DNA of 64,000 bases from positions 248,001-312,000 of the forward strand of contig JASVEC010000020.1 in assembly GCA_030770535.1 (NCBI GenBank), read 5' to 3'. The notes under the pieces are model-generated. The model did not search any database. It was not told where the DNA came from and saw only the letters and a list, made by a program, of their open reading frames with translations. Positions within the stretch are counted from its first letter, which is position 1. Each line of letters opens with the position of its first letter. Source of the stretch: Batkoa obscura. Lineage: Eukaryota. The position numbers were made by a program, and so were the translations under genes. Shown piece after piece: positions 55,621 through 64,000 of this stretch.

Positions 55621-57374
55621 TAGTTGCTTGATTTAAAATGATTAGTTTTCTCAATAGAAATTTTAAAATAAACTTTATTAATATAGGAGGTAAGTTTAAA
55701 AATTTGATTTAAATTCGAATAAAATTAGAAAATTTTATTTTTTTTGTCCATTTTTTATTAATTTTTTAGAATATATAAATACTAGACAAAAAAAATGTTC
55801 TAATGAGTTATTTAAAGCAAAAAACAACTATCTTTATAGTGTATGATGCTAAATTGATATTCACTAAAAACCAATTTGTACAAAATTGGAGTCAAGTTTT
55901 CTAAACTAACCCAGATATATGGAAGAAACTTCCGAAATGAGAGTAGCTGAGGTCGTTAGAAAATTAACTAGAGTTGAAATGACTACATACACAAAGAACT
56001 CCAATAAATTCAAGAGTATATTTTCCAAAAGTAATTACTGTAAGCTTTTCGCTTACTCAAAGGTTCCTAAAAATAGATAGATGAAGCCCATAGAAGAATG
56101 GTAAAATCTGCTAATATAACAAGAAGTAAATCTAATTTATCTGAGTATTTTAATATCAATAAAGGTTTTTGTTAAATGACAATTAGCAAAACTCACATCA
56201 ACAAAATACAAAAAATCAATCTGATGTTTTAGTTTTTTAATAGTGAAATAAAAACTGATCTCGTGCGAGATTGGTCAATAGTGGCTAAGGTTGAAATATA
56301 AAGCTTAGAGTTGATCTTCTTTAATATCTAATTATCTTGACGAGTGTTTTGGTTATCGGTTTTACAAAAATCTGGAATCATCAGTAAATAGCTGTTGGTA
56401 AACAAAGATCTAAAGAAACTATTTTCTAATGTTAATATACATATTGACCAATGTCTTGGCTGTGATGTAGCAATTCTTTTATTTCGTACGTTTTAGCTTT
56501 GATAAATCTGTCATTCACGTTGCTAATTTCAAATAGCTATGATTTACAAGAGCTTGTGTATAAATCTCTAGTTGATGGCTCTTTTTTACACACGATCATT
56601 CTTTGTGCTACCATTAAATTATCTTTAAACATATTTTCTTATCTTTTTCTTATCGTATCAAAATCGTTTGGATTAATTGATTTAAGAGTACTATCTTTAT
56701 CAATAGAGTGGTATTCATTACGATGGAAAGGAAAAAAACCTTTGCCTAATTTAAAATAAATATCACCTTTTATTTTAGAAGCAGTGCCATCAAGAACATA
56801 CTGATTCCTTATTTCCTCTGCTTACAGATAAAGACTAAATTCAGGTAAAAGTCTATTTCAGAATAAAAATTATTACATCTGGCTATTATACAACCCCTAC
56901 TAATATGTTACTTTAAACTAAGTCTATGGTATGGTAACCCTGTATAAGTCTCTTCTTTAGCTATGTGAGGATACTAAATACAATAAATAGCATTCGTGCC
57001 ATAACCATATCAATGATCATTTGTAATAAATGCTGATGATATACAATCTCTTATAACTATAGTTTTCATTATATAGCCTTCATCAACTCATTTAATAAAC
57101 CCAAAATTGGTGATGATTCCTTTTCTAACACAAAACTCTTCACACTCATGGACAAAGCCAGATTCTTTATATCTAAGTTTACTTTATCTTTCTATATTAC
57201 TATTCATTGCTGCATAAAGGATTGCAAGAATTTCTATCTTCTATTAGTGGTAATGATTTACTGCCCAAAGGCTCCGTCAACAAATATTGATATAAAAACT
57301 TGGGGTCCAACAAGCCTTTATATTTATTCATCAGAAATGGTTGCTTTTTGAGAGGTGAATTACTTTTTATAAAA

Positions 57375-59825
57375 TAGCAAAACAAATTTAGAAATTTAAC
57401 TTCAAAAAATAAAAGGAGAAAAATAGTTAATGTTTAAGTCAACCAATAATATCACATATAACATTCACAAAAAAATTACCACCATAACTTTAACTTATTT
57501 TAAAATATTTCAACTTTAGTTTTATATACAATAACATGTTTCGTCAACTTGATTCAGGAGCAGGACGTAATCAACAAATCAACTTACAATTGATAGATTA
57601 TGAAAGAAACATATATGAACATAATTATCCAGCAGCAAGTTTGAATTTATCGATATTAAATAATACTTCCATATCATTAAATAAAAGTTATTATAGAGTA
57701 AGTATTATTTTTGTACTATTTTTTGTATTTGATCATTTAAAATAACAAATATATGTAAAAATATAAACATGTAAATATAAATATAAATATAAACATGTAA
57801 ATATAAATATAAATATAAATATAAATGTATATCTATGTTTATATTAATTAATACAAGCTTTAATTAAATTTTAATTTAATAGTTACAATTAGCTGTATTA
57901 AAAAAACTAGCATATTCGGATCCTAACATTAACTTAAAAAAGTACTTTTTATATTTACTTTCTTTACCTAGCTGTACTGGTCGTGAATATTTGATTGAGT
58001 TTATCAATCATGAGCTTATTCAATTACCTACTATTACATTCAATTTATCCCAATTACGGTTTTCAATTGAACAAGTAGAAATGATCATTCATTTACTAAT
58101 AGGATATCAAAACAAAAAAGAGTTAGTGAAAGATGCTTTTATCAATGGGTATTTAGGGATAATTTATTATTTTAAATTTGTATTGGGGCTATTCATGGAG
58201 TTAATAGAAAATGGAATAGAAATTAAGACTCCTGAAGGGAGGAAGCAAACATTAACAAATGAGTTTGATTTTGGACTAGAAAAGATAATAGAAGGTAATA
58301 ATATAAATAAATAATATAAATAAATAATATAAATAAATAATATAAATAAATAATATAAATAAATAATATTAATTAAATAATATAAATAAATAATATAAAT
58401 AAATAATATAAATAAATAATATTAATTAAATAATTAAATAGATTCTCATCTTCAATTAACAAGTGAAACTATAACTAGTTTATTAGAAAGTATTAACAAT
58501 TTTGAAATTTATCGAGAAAATGGAGGTAAAGAAGATTTATTTCTCAAATTAGATTTATCTTCTACATTAATTAAACGAGCACTTACTGAAGAAAAAGAAC
58601 AAAAATCAGCATTATTAAAAAAAAGTATAAGAATATGTGATAATTATAAAAACAATGATAAATTTAGTTTACAAATCAAAATAGAATATTATAATTTATA
58701 TCAAAGTAAAAAAAAATGGTTGAAATGTATTTATAACTATTTTAATAATGGACATCTGAATCATTCATTATTAATAAATATTATAGATTACTATCAAAAA
58801 GGAATAAACAAAACGAAACTTATGTTTTATGCTTTACCTCATTGTTTAGAATGGCTATTAAATCATTTAGAATATGAACAAAAATCAATTTATTGGGAGT
58901 ATTTGTTAGTATTTTTGAAATTAATAATGTAAGTTGATTATTTTTATAAAATTATTATTAAATAATATTAAATAATATAGTAATATATTTATCTTTAATA
59001 TATTTTAGTGAATTTAATTCAATATTTGTAAAACAAAAAGAATATAAACAATATAAAGAATCATTAGTATTATTGTTGACTAATCGTAAATTATGGTATC
59101 CTAGAGTTTATTTTTATAAAATAGAAAAAGAAGGTAAATATTAATTTGTATTATTTTTAATATGTTATTAACTAGTTCTTTTTATTTAATTGACTTTATT
59201 TAGATTCAACTCAATTATTTTATAAATTTTCTGTATTATTCATGTTTTTTATAAACTTTGAAACTATGGAATTTGAGAAGATTGAATTTATGAATTGTTT
59301 AAAAAAAGTGAAATCAATAAGTACATTTAATAAAGTAAAAGTATTGTTGAATGATAAGGTAGAGTTTAAAGATATGTTAAAGGAAGTACCTTGTTGGGAT
59401 TTGGAATAAAAGCAATGAATTATAAGTGAATTTGTAAGTGAATTTGTAAGTGAATTTGTAAGTGAATTTATAACTGAATTATAAGTGAGTTATAACTGAA
59501 TTATAACTGAATTATAACTGAATTATAACTGAATTATAATTGAAAGTGAAATACAGTTATAATTAAATTTCTTTTGTTATATAAGATTATATTTGATGAT
59601 AGATTTAATGTTATAATATGAAAGTATTAGCAATAAAGATTCAACTTTAATAAATGGAATTGTTTTTTTAATTTTCAATTTAACTAGTGCTTTGTTTACT
59701 AGTTGAACATAAAAGTATTTAATAAAAACTAAATATGAGGGTGTTTTTTCTACTTCATTACTTTTTCTATCTTTTAAGCGCTATTTGAGTGGAAAAATTA
59801 TTAGTAAAATTCTTAAACAGAAAAA
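57375..59825. repeat. Right arm of the 2451-bp inverted segmental duplication
   Basis: Reverse complement of 48295-50745. Confidence 0.95.
57536..59409 (+). CDS. Second, apparently identical copy of the 48711-50584 gene (possibly TAF1A/Rrn11-like)
   Basis: Identical ORF translations at 57536, 57991 and 58720, with the same introns. Confidence 0.4.
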
Positions 59826-60272
59826 ACATCCTCATATAGTAATATCAAGAAAATTTTATTTAATAAAGGAAGCTCTGTTTACAAAGATTCACAAAAACTA
59901 TTATTTAATATATAGAAAGTTCTTTATTCAATCCTACACAAGGGCATACATTTTTTATTTTTACTAAAGTGCGTTTTTCTTCTGGATCGACGTTGTGTCG
60001 AATCTATTTCTTTAAAAACAGATACTATCTATAGGAGTGTTTTTTGATTTTATCACCTTTCTATTTCCAAACACTGTTTTAGTAGAATAATTGTAGTAAA
60101 ATTCTTTGAAACACATCTCCTTATGATACTTATTTATAGTTATAGTAATCAAACTTAGTACAATAATATGGGGATGCATTTTTCATTTAAGGATTGTACT
60201 AACAAGTTTTCCACTCAAATAGCGCTTAAAAGATGGAAAAAGTAATGAAGTCAAAAAAAAACATCCCCATAT
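59733..60272. mobile_element. Three MITE family 1 copies (59733-59837 -, ~60029-60124 - degenerate, 60166-60272 +)
   Basis: Consensus matches, with ATAT flanks on the intact copies. Confidence 0.87.
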
Positions 60273-60659
60273 GTTTAACTAATAATAAAGCAAACAGATC
60301 TTTATCAAAACTAGATGTTGGTTAATTCTACAGATTATTAGTTAAAATTACTGTTGTTTAAAAAGAACACTGCCGTAAGTCTACTAAGGGACCAAACTTT
60401 TGATGTGATGGCTAATGGCCAACTAGCTCAATTAGGTGTATTTTTTGATTCTGATTATAAGTCCTTAAAGAAAACAAACTCAACTGATGTCTTTATGAAT
60501 TTTTTTTCTAAACTGAACAATTTACTACCATAATATCACATTTTATCAAATATTAAAAATAGTACAAGATAAAAGTATAGTTTCAATAAAAAATAGAACA
60601 GTAAAAAGGTTTATTATTTAATTTTTTAAAAAGAAAACAAAAGAGTATTAGTTGGTAAC

Positions 60660-62486
60660 CTACTTAAAATTACTAGCTGAATTAACGAAGGTATCATTTA
60701 TAATTGTATTGGCCGTGGTATCATTTGTAATAGGATCAACAAATGTGTTATGTGTAGTAGAATTAGCAACTGTATTATTTTTGATTGAATTAATATCAAA
60801 TGAAATTGTCTCATCAATTGGATTTATTTTAGTTAGTCTATTAGATGAGATAGTACTATTATGATGACATAGCTTCATTGGTTCTTTAAATTTACTAAAT
60901 TCAATTTCTAAACTATGAATTGAATTAGCATAATGGGAATCCAAATCCCAAATCCCATATTCATCTCCACTGCTAGTATTAGGTAAGGCTACATTTAAGG
61001 ATGTTAAATAAGACGAAGATGGGGCTACTTCAACAACGTTAAACTTGTTAATCAAATTCCTTTTTCTATAATCATTTATAAAATAGTAGGATGTACATAC
61101 TAACAATATAAGAAATATAATTATTCCAAGTACAATACCAACGAGATCGGATGTATTTAAAGAGCTTGGATTTGTGAACTTTGATTTGTATCCATCTCCA
61201 TTATATTTGGTGTATTCATCCGATGTATATAGTTTATTAAAGTCTTCTTCATCTTTTTTTATTGCTGGTCCAATTGTATTACTCAACTTAATTGTTTTCT
61301 TTCCTGAATCAAGTGAGTCTAATTTAATTGCAATAATATCATAATTATAGTTATAATTGTAGTAGTTGATGTCACCATAAAAAAACACTATTCTATTATC
61401 AATCAACTCACTTGAATGCCATGCTCTACCAACATTAAATACCTCATCATTGAAATCCTTTATGATAATTTTTGTCCATTTCCAATCAGTTAAATTTAAT
61501 AGTTGAATATCATTATATAAAATAGTGTAATTATTTACTTTATCTGTACCACCATAAACTAATATACAATTCATATCAGATAAATAAGTAGCAGAGTGTC
61601 CCATTCTTACTCTATCATCATAATCCTTTGTTTCTATTTTCTTATATAACCTCAAATCTGTATTGTACATATGAGCATACTTTAAATTTGTTATTCCTGG
61701 CTCTTCAAAATTATTTGGACCGTTTGCATTCTTCTCACTTCCAGGCTTAATAGCATCGTTATTTTTGTTATGTATACCACCAAGTATAATCATAGTAGTA
61801 GAATTTATCATAGTAGCCGTATGGAACGCATTGGGAGGCATACTCGAATCAATATTAAATCTAGCTTGAGAAGAAACACTGTAAGTTAGGTTAAAGCCTA
61901 AAAGTTTATTATTTGGTATAGGAGTATTAGTATCCAAGCTTAATTGCCAACCACCATAAGAGTATAAACTATCTTTGGTGTTCGTTATTGTATTACCACT
62001 AAATTCATTTATAGATTCGAGCATGCTGCCTTTAACCAACCATATTTGATCCCTTAAATTAACTGTATACAATTCTAAATAATTGTTATTGTCATTATTA
62101 AATTTATTATTTGAATGAAATTTATCTAGTGTTATTGCAACGTTTAAATTGTTTTCATATGTGAAAAAATGTAAATCGTATCTGTTTTTTATAACGTTCA
62201 TCTTTAAGTTGACATTTGAATAAATTTGGTGTAAGTTCATAGATGAAGTTAAGTTGACTAAAAAGTGACTGTTGTTTAAGCTTACTTCATTCTCACTTGC
62301 TTCTTCTTTGCTATTGATCTCTTTCCTTTTCACTGTGTTATGAACTAACAATATTTGATCATATAATATCGTGCTACATTTTATAAATACTTTGTTATTA
62401 TTCTTAATTTTCTCAAACTCGTTGCTATTTACACTTGTTATTAATGAAAATAACGCTATTGTCAATAGATATGCACTACAAATCAT
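60660..62486 (-). CDS. Type I membrane protein with extracellular kelch/galactose-oxidase-like repeats (copy C, intact, 608 aa)
   Basis: Signal peptide, kelch-like motifs (LYSYGG, FHTATMINSTTMIILGG, RMGHSATY...ILVYGG, RAWHSSELIDNRIVFFYG), a single TM (LVGIVLGIIIFLILLVCTSYYFI) followed by RKR, and a cytoplasmic tail. Confidence 0.85.
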   Translation of the reverse strand: MICSAYLLTIALFSLITSVNSNEFEKIKNNNKVFIKCSTILYDQILLVHNTVKRKEINSKEEASENEVSLNNSHFLVNLTSSMNLHQIYSNVNLKMNVIKNRYDLHFFTYENNLNVAITLDKFHSNNKFNNDNNNYLELYTVNLRDQIWLVKGSMLESINEFSGNTITNTKDSLYSYGGWQLSLDTNTPIPNNKLLGFNLTYSVSSQARFNIDSSMPPNAFHTATMINSTTMIILGGIHNKNNDAIKPGSEKNANGPNNFEEPGITNLKYAHMYNTDLRLYKKIETKDYDDRVRMGHSATYLSDMNCILVYGGTDKVNNYTILYNDIQLLNLTDWKWTKIIIKDFNDEVFNVGRAWHSSELIDNRIVFFYGDINYYNYNYNYDIIAIKLDSLDSGKKTIKLSNTIGPAIKKDEEDFNKLYTSDEYTKYNGDGYKSKFTNPSSLNTSDLVGIVLGIIIFLILLVCTSYYFINDYRKRNLINKFNVVEVAPSSSYLTSLNVALPNTSSGDEYGIWDLDSHYANSIHSLEIEFSKFKEPMKLCHHNSTISSNRLTKINPIDETISFDINSIKNNTVANSTTHNTFVDPITNDTTANTIINDTFVNSASNFK

Positions 62487-63741
62487 ATCTTTATCCTAAC
62501 TCTCTGATTATAATGTCTTTTTTAGTTTTATCGCTTCCTCTAGCTCTATTTGAATGAAGCCTTTAACTATCTGGCCTCAGTGTTAATAAATTAAATAAAG
62601 GGTAAAGTGGAAGCTTTATTTAACATATTAAAGACAAAATTCTATTCATTTCCGACTATTCCTGATATCATAGATTAGTGTTAATTTGGAATAACCCTTT
62701 TTTGCACTACAACTTTACTACAATTTTAAAGAAGATTAACCACTTGAAAATGTATTACCAAATTGCTTAAATCTCTGACTAAAAATTATAAAAGTCAACA
62801 TTAATTCCTATGACTTAGTTTTGAATTTCTTACTTTTCTCTATTTAAGCATATTTTATAACTACAACTATAAAATTAAAACATCTGACTGAAAACTTACT
62901 CTTTTTTCTAAAATAAACTAGCCAAAGCTGACTTGCTCCTTAGAGAGCACTAAATGTATAAAATCAATTTTGTACATCTGCTTTAGTTTCGATATATGAT
63001 GACGGTGGCTAGCTGTTCATTTAAGAATAAAAAGTAAAGTTTCAAGCTTCAAATCTGTATGATAGGTTGTATTATTGCTAATAAAATTATCCCTACATAG
63101 CACAAATTTAAACCAAAAAAGTGATAATTTTTATGATTTAAATAAGAAATATAGATATAAAAAAGGTAAAGTTTATTAGGAGCTTCAGGTTTCAATTTTG
63201 ACTTATTTGACCAAATTCGTCTTTGACTCCCTTCAACTTTGTTTTAATCAAATTATTGAAGCTTTTAAGGCTTTTATGTTATTTGCCCAGTCATTCATGA
63301 TAAATATCAAGGCTTGGGCTATTCATTTTTGCTATTCAAACCTTTCAACTAAATTCATCCCTATTCCACCAAATGCTAATTCATCCTATTCAACATCTAG
63401 ATAAGTTTGTATAAAATTGAATCTAAAACAGATATAACTATCTTATTCAGATCCCAATAGGTACCTTTAAACTAGAGTATCTCCCAGAAGTTGCCTTGTT
63501 GTTTTGATTCAACCTTTTTAAGTTATCTGTTCCCCCTCTTACATTTAAACCACATTCCCTTGTTTCATGATACCAGCATATTTTACTTCCGATAATAAAG
63601 CACTTGAGAATTTCTAACTCCTTCAAATTTTAATAACAATATAACTAAAGATGAAATCAATCCTATCAGCCTATTAGCAAATAAAAATTGCCGAACACAG
63701 CAATTACTATTTATAAAGTAATAAAGCTATAATTTAATAAC

Positions 63742-64000
63742 TTACTTGAAATCATTAGTTGAATTAACTGTGATATTGTTTGTAATAGAATCAATATTAA
63801 ATTCAGTTATCTCTCTATTTAGATTTACTTTAGTAGTCTTATTAGTTGAAGCAGCAGTGTTATTACAACGACATAATACTATTGCTTCATTATAATGACT
63901 AAATTCAGCTTCAAAACTATGAACTGAATTAGTATAAATTGAGTTCATTTCCCAGATTCCATATTCATCTCCATTTTTAGTATTAGGTAAAGATAAGTTT
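63742..64000 (-). CDS. 3' end of a further kelch membrane-protein paralogue (copy D; runs off the window)
   Basis: Reverse complement of 47961-48219, identical except in the last four codons. Whether it is intact cannot be seen. Confidence 0.8.
   Translation of the reverse strand, partial: NLSLPNTKNGDEYGIWEMNSIYTNSVHSFEAEFSHYNEAIVLCRCNNTAASTNKTTKVNLNREITEFNIDSITNNITVNSTNDFK

Noticed and set aside
55919..56224. Possible small spliced gene starting MEETSEMRVAEVVRKLTRVE
   Set aside because: Splicing is ambiguous, the product is short and no homology was recognised.
48711..59409. The inverted arms read as giant TIRs of a transposon carrying CENP-I
   Set aside because: The arms consist of a spliced cellular gene, there is no transposase, and no shared target duplication exists beyond the MITEs' own ATAT. 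A segmental duplication explains it better.

Overview
AT-rich eukaryotic DNA with short (~45-60 nt) GT-AG introns. Gene content and protein style suggest an early-diverging (zygomycete-grade) fungus; this is an inference. Compact islands of housekeeping genes are present: RRP6, SCD6/LSM14, SEC1, two CaM-kinase I paralogues, RPS31, an EDC4-like gene, a TALE homeobox gene, an enoyl-CoA isomerase, PAM18, a DnaJ protein, TACO1/YebC, TBCB, synaptobrevin, VMA5, YPT1 and CENP-I/Mis6. The islands are separated by repeat-rich spacers holding about 21 copies of a ~100-bp MITE with 4-bp ATAT/ATTT/ATCT target duplications, plus three other inverted-repeat elements. The last 21 kb is a rearranged, quasi-palindromic region. 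It contains an apparently identical 2.45-kb inverted gene duplication whose outer end lies inside a MITE, and four copies (one intact, two decayed, one cut by the window edge) of a kelch-repeat membrane-protein gene. Most notable observations: ribosomal protein eS31 is fused to a strongly diverged ubiquitin-like domain instead of ubiquitin; the synaptobrevin has Lys at the SNARE zero layer; a MITE is inserted on the TACO1 start codon; and a fold-back element has arms that diverged mostly by transitions. No rRNA, tRNA or CRISPR array was seen. All calls and alignments were made by eye.
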